NCBI RefSeq assembly: GCF_964355755.1
Contig: NC_092677.1
Location: 3,370,101-3,434,100, forward strand
DNA length: 64,000 bases
DNA from: Antedon mediterranea
Taxonomy: Eukaryota > Animalia > Echinodermata
Direction of reading: 5' to 3'
Shown: one piece after another, positions 11,735-25,557 of the stretch
Layout of the letters: each line of letters starts with the position of its first letter
How positions within the stretch are numbered: the stretch's first letter is position 1
The notes under the pieces: model-generated
Told to the model about the DNA's origin: nothing
What the model saw: the letters and a program-made list of their open reading frames with translations, nothing else
Database searches by the model: none
Translations under genes and position numbers: made by a program

Positions 11735-14700
11735 TAACTAGAACCCCCATTAGGAGGACACATTTAAACCCCCATTAGGGGGACACCTTTAGGATCTAAC
11801 AAAGTGTCCCCTTAATAAACCCCCATTAGGGGGACACCTTTAGGATCTAACAAAGTGTTCCCTTAATAAACCCCCATTAGGGGGACACATTTAGGATCTA
11901 ACAAAGTGTCCCCTTAATAAACCCCCATTAGGGGGACACCTTTAGGATCTAACAAAGTGTCCCCTTAATAAACCCCCATTAGGGGGACACATTTAGGATC
12001 TAACAAAGTGTCCCCTTAATAAACCCCCATTAGGGGGACACATTTAGGATCTAACAAAGTGTCTCCTTAATAAACCCCCATTAGGGGGACACCTTTAGGA
12101 TCTAACAAAGTGTCCCCTTAATAAACCCCCATTAGGGGGACACATTTAGGATCTAACAAAGTGTCCCCTTAATAAACCCCCATTAGGGGGACACATTTAG
12201 GACAGTGTCCCCTTAATAAACCCCCATTAGGGGGACACATTTAGGATCTAACAAAGTGTCCCCTTAATAAACCCCCATTAGGGGGACACATTTAGGATCT
12301 AACAAAGTGTCTCCTTAATAAACCCCCATTAGGGGGACACATTTAGGATCTAACAAAGTGTCCCCTTAATAAACCCCCATTAGGGGGACACATTTAGGAT
12401 CTAACAAAGTGTCTCCTTAATAAACCCCCATTAGGGGGACACATTTAGGATCTAACAAAGTGTCTCCTTAATAAACCCCCATTAGGGGGACACATTTAGG
12501 ATCTAACAAAGTGTCTCCTTAATAAACCCCCATTAGGGGGACACATTTAGGATCTAACAAAGTGTCCCCTTAATAAACCCCCATTAGGGGGACACATTTA
12601 GGATCTAACAAAGTGTCCCCTTAATAAACCCCCATTAGGGGGACACATTTAGGATCTAACAAAGTGTCCCCTTAATAAACCTCCAGTAGGGGGACACATT
12701 TAGGATCTAACAAAGTGTCTCCTTAATAAACCCCCATTAGGGGGACACATTTAGGATCTAACAAAGTGTCCCATTAATAAACCCCCATTAGGGGGACACA
12801 TTTAGGATCTAACAAAGTGTCTCCTTAATAAACCCCCATTAGGGGGACACATTTAGGATCTAACAAAGTGTCCCCTTAATAAACCCCCATTAGGGGGACA
12901 CATTTAGGATCTAACAAAGTGTCCCCTTAATAAACCCCCATTAGGGGGACACATTTAGGATCTAACAAAGTGTCTCCTTAATAAACCCCCATTAGGGGGA
13001 CACATTTAGGATCTAACAAAGTGTCTCCTTAATAAACCCCCATTAGGGGGACACATTTAGGATCTAACAAAGTGTCTCCTTAATAAACCCCCATTAGGGG
13101 GACACATTTAGGATCTAACAAAGTGTCTCCTTAATAAACCCCCATTAGGGGGACACATTTAGGATCTAACAAAGTGTCTCCTTAATAAACCCCCATTAGG
13201 GGGACACATTTAGGATCTAACAAAGTGTCCCCTTAATAAACCCCCATTAGGGGGACACATTTAGGATCTAACAAAGTGTCCCATTAATAAACCCCCATTA
13301 GGGGGACACATTTAGGATCTAACAAAGTGTCCCCTTAATAAACCCCCATTAGGGGACACATTTAGGATCTAACAAAGTGTCCCCTTAATAAACCCCCATT
13401 AGGGGGACACATTTAGGATCTAACAAAGTGTCCCATTAATAAACCCCCATTAGGGGGACACATTTAGGATCTAACAAAGTGTCTCCTTAATAAACCCCCA
13501 TTAGGGGGACACATTTAGGATCTAACAAAGTGTCTCCTTAATAAACCCCCATTAGGGGGACACATTTAGGATCTAACAAAGTGTCTCCTTAATAAACCCC
13601 CATTAGGGGGACACATTTAGGATCTAACAAAGTGTCTCCTTAATAAACCCCCATTAGGGGGACACATTTAGGATCTAACAAAGTGTCTCCTTAACACTTT
13701 GACTGCCAAACACGAAGATCTTCGTTTTTGGAAACACAACGCTTGACTGCCAAACACGAAGATCTTCGTTTTTCGCGTTTTTTTACGAAATCCGGTAGAT
13801 AGGTTAATTATTGGTATATCATATAAATATGGACACTATATTCGGTCTGGACCGTGATTATTTTACTTTTTGAAAGTAACTAATCTGGTTACGAACGATT
13901 GTCAAAATGGTACCTGTCGAAATAACATACACCGCGCATCACAGTAGCGCGTACAGCGATGGTTTTTGGCGCATTGTGTATCGGTCGCGCGCTAGCTATG
14001 CCGCCGAAGCATTACAAAGGTTTATGTGGATTGGAATGTTTGTTTGTTATCTGAATGAAAAATAATGGATGAATTTTCAATATGAAGTCTTTAATTTTAT
14101 TATTGTATGTATACCCTAATTGTTATGGTGCTTCACTGTAAGTGGCCGAGTTCACGCAACAAATTTGTTTAGAAATGGTATGAATATTATCATCATTTTA
14201 CTAGCTAGGCTAGTAGTACTAGGCTATAGCCTAGGCCTAGTCGTAAAACGGTTCTGGACCAACTTTAGGCATAGTTAACTAGGCCTGGTGTCTTTACTAT
14301 GTGGATTTTGGCGAAACATTGATGTAAGATTTATGATTTATAAAATGTAATACATTTTTCGATATTGATAACTTGTTTTTATAGGCCTACCGGTGCCGTG
14401 TAAGTAATTTTTTGTTGTTTGTTGATCTCACCGGGCGATATTTTCATATTGCGATGTCTTGCACAAAATAGCGTATATCTCGACTTTCTTGCGCAAAACT
14501 ACGAAAAACTCAAAAAGTGGGTTACTTTCATTTTACTATTACGATTTACATATTGCGATTTGAAAATCGTTCTTGGTACCATTGTAAAGCTAAAATCTTT
14601 TTGATTATTTTAGTCTAAATTAAATGTAAATCAGATCAAATACATAGTTTCAATCAGCTTTGATAAAAACATCGAATTGGGCTATAAACGCTGGCGGTGG

Positions 14701-17700
14701 CAGTTTCTAACTGGAAAAACCTCTGGCAGTCAAAGTGTTAATAAACCCCCATTAGGGGGACACATTTAGGATCTAACAAAGTGTCCCCTTAATAAACCCC
14801 CATTAGGGGGACACATTTAGGATCTAACAAAGTGTCCCATTAATAAACCCCCATTAGGGGGACACATTTAGGATCTAACAAAGTGTCCCCTTAATAAACC
14901 CCCATTAGGGGGACACATTTAGGATCTAACAAAGTGTCCCCTTAATAAACCCCCATTAGGGGGACACATTTAGGATCTAACAAAGTGTCCCATTAATAAA
15001 CCCCCATTAGGGGGACACATTTAGGATCTAACAAAGTGTCTCCTTAATAAACCCCCATTAGGAAGACACATTTAGGATCTAACAAAGTGTCTCCTTAATA
15101 AACCCCCATTAGGGGGACACATTTAGGATCTAACAAAGTGTCTCCTTAATAAACCCCCATTAGGGGGACACATTTAGGATCTAACAAAGTGTCCCCTTAA
15201 TAAACCCCCATTAGGGGGACACATTTAGGATCTAACAAAGTGTCCCATTAATAAACCCCCATTAGGGGGACACATTTAGGATCTAACAAAGTGTCCCCTT
15301 AATAAACCCCCATTAGGGGGACACATTTAGGATCTAACAAAGTGTCTCCTTAATAAACCCCCATTAGGGGGACACATTTAGGATCTAACAAAGTGTCCCA
15401 TTAATAAACCCCCATTAGGGGGACACATTTAGGATCTAACAAAGTGTCTCCTTAATAAACCCCCATTAGGGAGACACATTTAGGATCTAACAAAGTGTCT
15501 CCTTAATAAACCCCCATTAGGGGGACACATTTAGGATCTAACAAAGTGTCCCCTTAATAAACCCCCATTAGGGGGACACATTTAGGATCTAACAAAGTGT
15601 CCCATTAATAAACCTCCATTAGGGGGACACATTTAGGATCTAACAAAGTGTCCCATTAATAAACCCCCATTAGGGGGACACATTTAGGATCTAACAAAGT
15701 GTCCCCTAAATAAACCCCCATTAGGGGGACACATTTAGGATCTAACAAAGTGTCCCCTTAATAAACCCCCATTAGGGGGACACATTTAGGATCTAACAAA
15801 GTGTCCCATTAATAAACCCCCATTAGGGGGACACATTTAGGATCTAACAAAGTGTCTCCTTAATAAACCCCCATTAGGGGGACACATTTAGGATCTAACA
15901 AAGTGTCCCCTTAATAAACAACCATTAGGGGGACACATTTAGGATCTAACAAAGTGTCTCCTTAATAAACCCCCATTAGGGGGACACATTTAGGATCTAA
16001 CAAAGTGTCTCCTTAATAAACCCCCATTAGGGGGACACATTTAGGATCTAACAAAGTGTCCCCTTAATAAACCCCCATTAGGGGGACACATTTAGGATCT
16101 AACAAAGTGTCTCCTTAATAAACCCCCATTAGGGGGACACATTTAGGATCTAACAAAGTGTCCCATTAATAAACCCCCATTAGAGGGACACATTTAGGAT
16201 CTAACAAAGTGTCTCCTTAATAAACCCCCATTAGGGGGACACATTTAGGATCTAACAAAGTGTCCCATTAATAAACCCCCATTAGGGGGACACATTTAGG
16301 ATCTAACAAAGTGTCTCCTTAATAAACCTCCAGTAGGGGGACACATTTAGGATCTAACAAAGTGTCCCCTTAATAAACCCCCATTAGGGGGACACATTTA
16401 GGATCTAACAAAGTGTCTCCTTAATAAACCTCCATTAGGGGGACACATTTAGGATCTAACAAAGTGTCCCCTTAATAAACCCCCATTAGGGGGACACATT
16501 TAGGATCTAACAAAGTGTCTCCTTAATAAACCCCCATTAGGGGGACACATTTAGGATCTAACAAAGTGTCCCATTAATAAACCCCCATTAGGGGGACACA
16601 TTTAGGATCTAACAAAGTGTCTCCTTAATAAACCCCATTAGGGGGACACATTTAGGATCTAACAAAGTGTCCCATTAATAAACCCCCCATTAGGGGGACA
16701 CATTTAGGATCTAACAAAGTGTCCCCTTAATAAACCTCCAGTAGGGGGACACATTTAGGATCTAACAAAGTGTCTCCTTAATAAACCCCCATTAGGGGGA
16801 CACATTTAGGATCTAACAAAGTGTCCCATTAATAAACCCCCATTAGGGGGACACATTTAGGATCTAACAAAGTGTCTCCTTAATAAACCCCCATTAGGGG
16901 GACACATTTAGGATCTAACAAAGTGTCTCCTTAATAAACCCCCATTAGGGGGACACATTTAGGATCTAACAAAGTGTCCCATTAATAAACCCCCATTAGG
17001 GGGACACATTTAGGATCTAACAAAGTGTCCCCTTAATAAACCCCCATTAGGGTGTACACATTTAGGATCTAACAAAGTGTCTCCTTAATAAACCCCCATT
17101 AGGGGGACACATTTAGGATCTAACAAAGTGTCCCCTTAATAAACCCCCATTAGGGGGACACATTTAGGATCTAACAAAGTGTCCCCTTAATAAACCCCCA
17201 TTAGGGGGACACATTTAGGATCTAACAAAGTGTCTCCTTAATAAACCCCCATTAGGGGGACACATTTAGGATCTAACAAAGTGTCCCCTTAATAAACCCC
17301 CATTAGGGGGACACCTTTAGGATCTAACAAAGTGTCCCCTTAATAAACCCCCATTAGGGGGACACCTTTAGGATCTAACAAAGTGTCCCCTTAATAAACC
17401 CCCATTAGGGGGACACATTTAGGATCTAACAAAGTGTCCCCTTAATAAACCCCCATTAGGGGGACACATTTAGGATCTAACAAAGTGTCCCCTTAATAAA
17501 CCCCCATTAGGGGGACACATTTAGGATCTAACAAAGTGTCCCCTTAATAAACCCCCATTAGGGGGACACATTTAGGATCTAACAAAGTGTCCCCTTAATA
17601 AACCCCCATTAGGGGGACACATTTAGGATCTAACAAAGTGTCCCCTTAATAAACCCCCATTAGGGGGACACATTTAGGATCTAAAAAGTGTCTCCTTAAT

Positions 17701-18410
17701 AAACCTCCAGTAGGGGGACACCTTTAGGATTTAGCAAAGTGTCTCCTTAATAAACCCCTATTAGGGGGACACCTTTAGGACAGTGTCCCCTTAATAAACC
17801 CCCATTAGGGGGACACCTTTAGGATCTAACAAAGTGTCTCCTTAATAAACCCCCATTAGGGGGACACCTTTAGGACAGTGTCCCCTTAATAAACCCCCAT
17901 TAGGGGGACACCTTTAGGACAGTGTCCCCTTAATAAACCCCCATTAGGGGGACACATTTAGGATCTAACAAAGTGTCTCCTTAATAAACCCCCATTAGGG
18001 GGACACATTTAGGATCTAACAAAGTGTCTCCTTAATAAACCCCTATTAGGGGGACACCTTTAGGACAGTGTCCCCTTAATAAACCCCCATTAGGGGGACA
18101 CCTTTAGGACAGTGTCCCCTTAATAAACCCCCATTAGGGGGACACATTTAGGATCTAACAAAGTGTCTCCTTAATAAACCCCCATTAAGGGGACACCTTT
18201 AGGACAGTGTCCCCTTAATAAACCCCCATTAGGGGGACACCTTTAGGACAGTGTCCCCTTAATAAACCCCCATTAGGGGGACACCTTTAGGACAGTGTCC
18301 CCTTAATAAACCCCCATTAGGGGGACACCTTTAGGACAGTGTCCCCTTAATAAACCCCCATTAGGGGGACACCTTTAGGACAGTGTCCCCTTAATAGATG
18401 TTCTACTGTA
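11735..18410. repeat. Hairpin-unit satellite (51-bp unit with 42-bp variants, about 110 copies) bounded by pogo/Tc1-like MITE termini
   Basis: Unit TAAACCCCCATTAGGGGGACACATTTAGGATCTAACAAAGTGTCCCCTTAA; left boundary TA-ACTAGAACCCCCATTAGGAGGACAC, right boundary GTGTCCCCTTAATAGATGTTCTACTG-TA; interrupted at 13695-14737. Confidence 0.97.
13695..14737. mobile_element. Non-autonomous piggyBac-like DNA transposon (1043 bp)
   Basis: TTAA duplicated (13691-13694 and 14738-14741); 14-bp perfect TIR CACTTTGACTGCCA; left subterminal 31-bp direct repeat containing the palindrome ACGAAGATCTTCGT; no transposase ORF. Confidence 0.9.
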
Positions 18411-21400
18411 TAACATTTAAAAGCAAATTTATATATTTGAGAATCCATGTCACAAAATTGTGGTCTTAATTTGGAGGTCTAATTTTAATAATTGTATAAT
18501 TATTTCATTATTAATGTTTCAAAACCATGTAACTTTTTTGAATCCAGAGTTTTTTTTCATTGTCTAATTTTATTCTTAGAATAAACCAACATTTTTTTTT
18601 CAATTTCAATTCAATTCATCGACATTTTTATTCCATAATCAAAATAAAAACATATACAAATACAATACAAATAATAAGATAATGGAATGGGATACAAAAT
18701 AAGCACAAGTGCTTTAAGCATGTAACCCTAACAAAAAGATCAAACAATTTTTAACAATTAGTTACCATAATTTCTTAGTACTGTATTTCTGGGTCAGAAT
18801 ATTTACCTGTTAGACTTAATACGTCTCCTTGACTTTAGTACCAGTGTGTGCTCATTAAAAGAACGGATCTTACTTGATTACTTAAGTACACCACTACTAG
18901 AGAAAGGTGGGGATGTCTACGTGTGGTTTTGCACTTCCTAAATAGTTTTCTTTTTATAGAGTATGTTGTATACAACAAGTTATTAATTAGAACTTAAGCT
19001 CTGTCTACACTATCAAACTTTATGTGAAAAAAAAATGGGCATGATGATGTCATATTATCACCACCATATTTAGGCATAATACTACCATATTTGAGCACAT
19101 CACACTTTTTTTGTCAAACTAGTTTGATAGTGCAGACATCTTTAGTGTTAGGTGGTGATTGGTACTCAGTGTGTGTATGGTGCTACAGATGTTGTATTTA
19201 ATATAACACTGGTAAATTAATAAAGTACAGAACATATTGTAAATTGTCACGTACAATACAGAAAGCAATGATGTCATTCATACAGTAGTAGTAAATTATA
19301 CACCAAATGTTATCAGGATCACATGAATATTAAATCATTTTATTAAAAATTGTAAAAAAAAAACATATTAGAAAATGAATTTTTATGTAATAAATGAATC
19401 AAAATGTTAAAAATAACTCTCTAAAGCTCTGTCTACACTATCAAACTTTGTGACAAAAAATGTAATGTGCTTACAGATTACTATGATGATGTCATATCAC
19501 AACCGTATTTGGGCAAATCACACTTTTTTGTCAACTTAGTTTGATAGTGTAGACAGTCTTAAGCGACATCATCTTACAAGTTACATCGAACCCCTTTTTA
19601 AAAACTTTTTTGGAAACATGGCACCAAAATAGAGGGAGGCTTAGAATACCTCATTTGGGACACGTCTATCTAGGGAAAACTTTTCTGTGAAGTGAAGTGG
19701 AAATGTTTAAACACTACTGACAACACCTATTCAGGGGACACCCATATAAAGGGACACTTTATTGGGTCACAAAGGTGTCTTCTTAATAGGAGTTTTATTG
19801 TAAATAGTAAAATATCGAATTATTATATTCTTTCAGTTATGAGCTGGGTTGCTGTTTATGAAGGGCAAAGTTAATAGAAGGAAGAAACTACTAGAAAACA
19901 CTACAAACCAACTTCCTCAATGATTGATTGTTTGCAAGAAACAATTATAACAACAATATTCACTATTGTTCTATTGTTCTTTTTCTGACAGATAAATTAA
20001 GCATAAACAATTTGTTTGTTTGCTGTCAAAAAAAACACCAAAATACAACTCAGCAGTGTGTGAGCATCCGCTATTGTTTATGCTAACATTTATAAACAAT
20101 ATTTAACAGGATTCCAATATCATGTGTATATCACATTACCTAATTTACAATGCTCTGTCTACACTATCAAACTAGTTTGACAAAAAAAGTGTGATATGCC
20201 AAAATATGGTAGTGGTATGCCCACAGATGGACATCATCATTTCCATATATGGACACATCACATTTTTCTGTCATATAAAGTTTGGTAGTGTAGACAGAGC
20301 TTTCAACAAAGAGTTTGATTTTATATACTGGTATGCTGGCCAATAAAACACATGTGATGTTGAACTCCCAGTCAAATATACCTCAAAAAATGTGTTAAAT
20401 TTATGATAACCAGTATAATTTAGTTCAGGCTAATTAAATTTAAGAACTGGGTTAAAATAATTTTCTATAATTCTCTTTCATAACCTGAACAATCAAAATT
20501 TCTCCCACACCTCATCAAGCTAACCAGGATCTTGATACCTAACTAAAATATTTCCTCTTTGTTTGAGTGATTGATAGGAAAAAGACTACTTCCACCACTG
20601 TTTCAATTGTTATACAGTAGTACAAAACGAAAGCAAACACAAAACACGCACGCACGGAATCTCCACAAACAAGCCATCCAGGAAATCCATCACAAAACAA
20701 GGAATTACCTTGAAAAAGCATGTGACTTGTATTGTAGAAGGTCACATGACTTTAAGTAGAGTCACATGGCATCTTTATAGGTGTCGGCTAAGATTTTAAG
20801 TCTGTTCCCATAAGCAACACAATGGTACAGTGATAAACGATCTATCTAAAACTATTTTTTATTTCTGGAATTGACCATTGGAATAACAATTTATGTCTGG
20901 TTATATTGAGTTGGATCCTGTTTGCCAGGGTGTTTCTGGCTTATAAATAAATAATGGACAAGTATATAGGAAGTGATATAAAAATATATGAAAGGGTATA
21001 GCTTGCTTGGGTAGATAAAAAAACAAACTGCCAATAATATTCTATACAAGATACTCTATGGGAATCCCAATCAATTTAAAGCTCTGTCTACACTATCAAA
21101 CTAGTTTGACAAAAAATAAAAATGGTATTCATATGCCCAAATATGGTAGTGATATGACATCATCATGTCCATTATATGGGCACATCATATTTTTTTGGTC
21201 ACATAAAGTTTAATAGTGTAGAGCTTTAAGTGGGGCTTGGGCTGAAGGGATAATATGCCACAACTCTACAGATCACATAGGCCAATATAATGCGCATAAT
21301 TTTATTTTATTAATTTTGATGACTCTTAATAATAACCCAATACAACAACATAGAAATCGTACCAACCAATGAACAAACATCGCCAGCAAAAGAGGGCGCA

Positions 21401-21864
21401 CTACTGGCGCTAGAAGAAATTCAGTAGCATGACTTGAACCCAGGATAATGGTTTAGTAAGCAAGCCTAATATTATATTCCACAAAGTTTAAATAATTGTC
21501 AAACAAGGCGACTGTCCGGTCTTAACCTTTTTTATCTATTGATTTCTTCTTCATATCTGATTGGGAAGGACCCCACTTACTATTTAATTTGTATGTTATA
21601 AGATAACGATACAGATAGGTGAATAGTATAATACCATATTTGGTTTGGCTAACAGCAGCCTATCTGGAAATCAAATATATCCATTATATTGAATAAATAA
21701 AGATGTACTATATCAAATATATCCATTTAAAATGAATGAAAGATGTGCCATTTGTCAGTGACACCACAAAATGGCCGTAACTGCGTAGTATTTAGCGAAT
21801 ATCGGTTGAAAAAAAAAAACGGTTATGGACATAGTGTCTTTCACAAAACACACAATTTAGCTTA

Positions 21865-22100
21865 AAGATATTGTGTCCCCCTAAAAAAATTAATTATTTA
21901 CCTAAACAATTTGTAATTGAAAGCAAAAAAATAGTAAAAGTTTTACCAGTTTTTTAAGACAGTATTTAATTTAAACCATTAGTTTTTTTCACTTTTTTAT
22001 TACGGAAGTGAAAACCTTGATTAAAACTACAAAATGGTGTATTTAAAGTCTGATTTTATTAATCTTCATTTTTCATGTTTTAGGAGGACAAAGTACATAA
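21865..22100. mobile_element. Degenerate Kolobok-like MITE
   Basis: TTAA-AGATATTGTGTCCCCCTAAAA with a degenerate inverted end TTTTAGGAGGACAAAGTACAT; a related inverted copy starts at about 30408. Confidence 0.4.
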
Positions 22101-24029
22101 TTATAACTGTAGATAGTCTCAAGGTAGTCTTTTGTGGGTACAAACTGCTGATATCGCACATAAGAGTCTCCCCACTCCCTGATCGTACCTTAGAACAAAT
22201 TTTAAACCCAATTTATATCACTATTATAGATAATCGTTAATGTATTTCTGATCCAGAAATGATCACTATATGCCAACATATACATGCTGACTAAACAGAA
22301 ATGTCACTCAAAACAAGACTTTCTTAAATCAATTAAATGATGTGGTTGTTCCAATTACTTATACAGGGTAGGGTCACGTCGTCCTAGACTTACTAAGCAA
22401 TGGATATTTTAAGATTTCCAAGAATATAAAATATGGAGTGGATTACGAAGGTGTTGTGTCAAGTTATACTCAAAGTGCAAAAGAAAAAACAAAGTTTATA
22501 AAAAAAAACAAAATTGGAGATCCCCACTATTAAGGTGGAGACATCCCTCATGAGTCATAAAGGACCCTCTAACAGGAATTCCCCTGTAATTATTCTTTTC
22601 AATCTCTGTCTAACACTATCAAACCTTATGTGACAAAAATGTGTCCATATATGGACATGATGTCATATCACTACCATATTTGGACGTATCATTACTATAT
22701 TTGGGTACATCACACTTGTTTTTGTCAAACTAGTTTGATAGTGTAGACAGAGCTTAATATTTCTCAGTTGCTTTATGATGCTAGTGTACTTTCACTCTTG
22801 GTCCATTGTTCCTCGTGTTGATTGTTATATTATAACCGTATATCTGGAAAATGATAAACAATCTGCTGCCGATAAAATGACTACTAAGTGTGTGTCACAA
22901 TCACGATAAAACGTAGTTCAATAACCGCAGGAGAATTTAAAGATACAATTACTTACGCCAAAGCACAGTTGAAATAATTCAATCAGGATTTATTTATGTA
23001 TATGGTTATATCAATTAATATAAATCGATTTTGTTGTAAACACTTGAAATTCAATGTTATTGTTTAATAAACTTCCCACTAGGATGCAAAGCAAGGACGC
23101 AACACAATGGCAATAAGAAACGACAGATCGTCAACATTTCTGTTTGTCAATGTCATTGGTCAAATTAACTATTTACTCCTTTCAATGTGTTTTAGTGCGA
23201 ACAAAGATTGAAGCATTCACATTTTTGGAATAAAGATTGTTCTAAAGCTCTGTCTACACTATTAAACTAAAATGTGATGTTCCCAAATATGGTAGTGATA
23301 TGCCCAAATATGGTAGTGATATGACATCATCATGTCCATATATGGGCACATCACATTTTTTGTCACATAAAGTTTGATAGTGTAGACAGCTTTTGTTAGA
23401 TCATGGAGCAAATGTGTTGCTAAGGTCAGATTTGCTTTTGTATACTGTAGGTACCTAAAACTATATCACAAAAATTTGAGCATATTTGGGCACATCACAC
23501 TTTTTTTGTCAAACTAGTTTGATAGTGTAGACAGAGCTTAATAATAAACCTAATATAGATGATGGCTAAAATGATTATACTTTTTATATAATAAATAACA
23601 GCAATTATTAATTATAAGTCATATTATTATTATTATAAAATTCAAAGTATCTGAAGAATTCAAAGTTATTAATATACTGTACTGTACTTAAAATTCCATT
23701 TCTGTCACCTTAGGTATAAAAAAAAATTTAGTAATTCTGTGAACTGCCTCTTTTACTACCGTATGTAAAACAGGACTAACAACAGTAGAGAAAGTATTTG
23801 GATTTGCCTGGGTTGTCTCGTGACTGTATTATTACTAGCATAATAGATTAATAGAAGTGATACTTCCTGGTGTTATGGGCATTCCTGTTATGCACGGCAC
23901 AAGTCACATGCTTCAGCCAACAAGTGTTTGAGGCTCTATTGTTTCATACTGGTTCCTGTTTGTTCACTTGACAGAAGTGACTTTGACGATCAAGGTCATT
24001 GAAACCAAATCTGACAGCAGTATAGAAAG

Positions 24030-25130
24030 AATGAGTAGGGAATGGAATATGTAAGGAGATATAGGGTGGGTGGGTGGGTGGTGTGGAAAAAGAAGTGAGG
24101 GGTTGTTGGAAAGATTAGATAAAATAGGGAGGTATTCTTGGGAAGTGGTAGAGTGTTGAGGAGATGTGGACAAAGGTGAAAATGATTTGGTGATAGATAG
24201 GGAGGAGTGGGGTTGGAAAAAGAAGTGAGGGATGTTGGAATGGTAATATAATAGAGAGGGGTAGAGTGTGATTAGGGAAGGGGTAGAGTGTTGGGGAGGG
24301 GTGAAACAAGATGGAAAAGGGCTTGATGATGGAAAGGAGTGGGGTTGGAAAAGGATGTGGAAAGAGTGAGGGATGCAAATGCAAAAAGATTAGATATAAT
24401 AAGGGGAGTATTGGGGACAGATGTAGAAGGTGGAAAGGGATTAGGAGGTGAGGTATTTTCGTTAGGGGCGGGGGGGGGGGGAGATGTTGAAGAAAGAGGA
24501 AAAAAGAGTTGACAATAGAAGATTTGAAGGGTGTGAAAGGGGAGAACAAAATTGGGAAAGTTCACTTTAAATATATTATTTTTTATTTCATTTTTATAAA
24601 ACATTTGAAACGTTAGCACGTTTAGACTTTCAAACTACTGTACAGAATGTATTCTAAATATTAATTAAACAGTGATGAGTCACCACCGGCATTGTTATAA
24701 CACTGATTCAGGCAATACCTCTACTTGAATAATATTTACCAGCTGATACATTGTTTACAGTGTATCAATGTTTACTCAAGGAGCTCATTAATATTTGACA
24801 GGTAGGAATTAGCATACAATCACCAGGCTAGATTGTTTAAACCATCAATCAAATATATTGTTAGTTTCCAACTCAGTTCACATAAACAGCTGGTTGGTCC
24901 AGGTGTACTTTCTTGTATTGGTATCAAAAACAATGTTTGGAAAGGGGACAAAAGAGGGGGAAGATGAGGGATGAAGGGAGAGAAGGATGGATGGAGAGAG
25001 AGGAGGGGAGAGAAGAGGGAGAGAGAGGAGGAGAGGAGGAAATGGAGAGGAAGGGGATGGGGGAAAGGGATGGAGAGGAGAGGATGGAGAAAGAGGAAGG
25101 GATGGAGACAGAGGAAGGGATAGAGGATTT
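24030..25130. repeat. Polypurine (GA/GGA-rich) low-complexity tracts
   Basis: Two strongly purine-biased blocks, 24030-24560 and 24940-25130. Confidence 0.8.
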
Positions 25131-25557
25131 TGTTGGGTCGCAAAGGTGTTGAACTATCGTAATACTAAAAAATATATCCCGACTGAATTTAGCCAAGTTA
25201 TTGACAATTTTGTATTGGATGACGACTAACAAAATAATACTTGAATGGAGTGCGACACTAGGTACTATTAATTTAATACGTGAATTTAATACGTGAATTA
25301 ATACCGCAAATAATAGTTCTGTATTAAGATTATATAAACTCTCTATGCGGACATTGAGCGGAACTGCCTCACTATAATTACAAATAAAATACTTTAATAA
25401 TAGTCTAAAGTAAATCGGTTCAAGTGGAATGTCACTATCATTAACTGTTTTACTTACTAATGTTACTTTTAGTTTGAGTTTCTAGTTAGAAGCAATTATT
25501 TTGTGACTAATGGGTGACAAGAATTTATTATGTAAAACATATACCACCAATAACTAT

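Noticed and set aside
9344-11763. Short minus-strand ORFs in the C/EBP-SPIDR gap as hidden genes
   Set aside because: No recognisable domains and no chain of phase-compatible exons; non-coding exons cannot be excluded.
11765-18400. CRISPR-like array of palindromic repeats
   Set aside because: The loops are constant rather than unique spacers, there are no cas genes, and the context is eukaryotic; it is a satellite.
23964-25232. Pro/Leu/Ser-rich and Glu/Gly-rich ORFs
   Set aside because: By-products of polypurine low-complexity sequence, with no splice or homology support.
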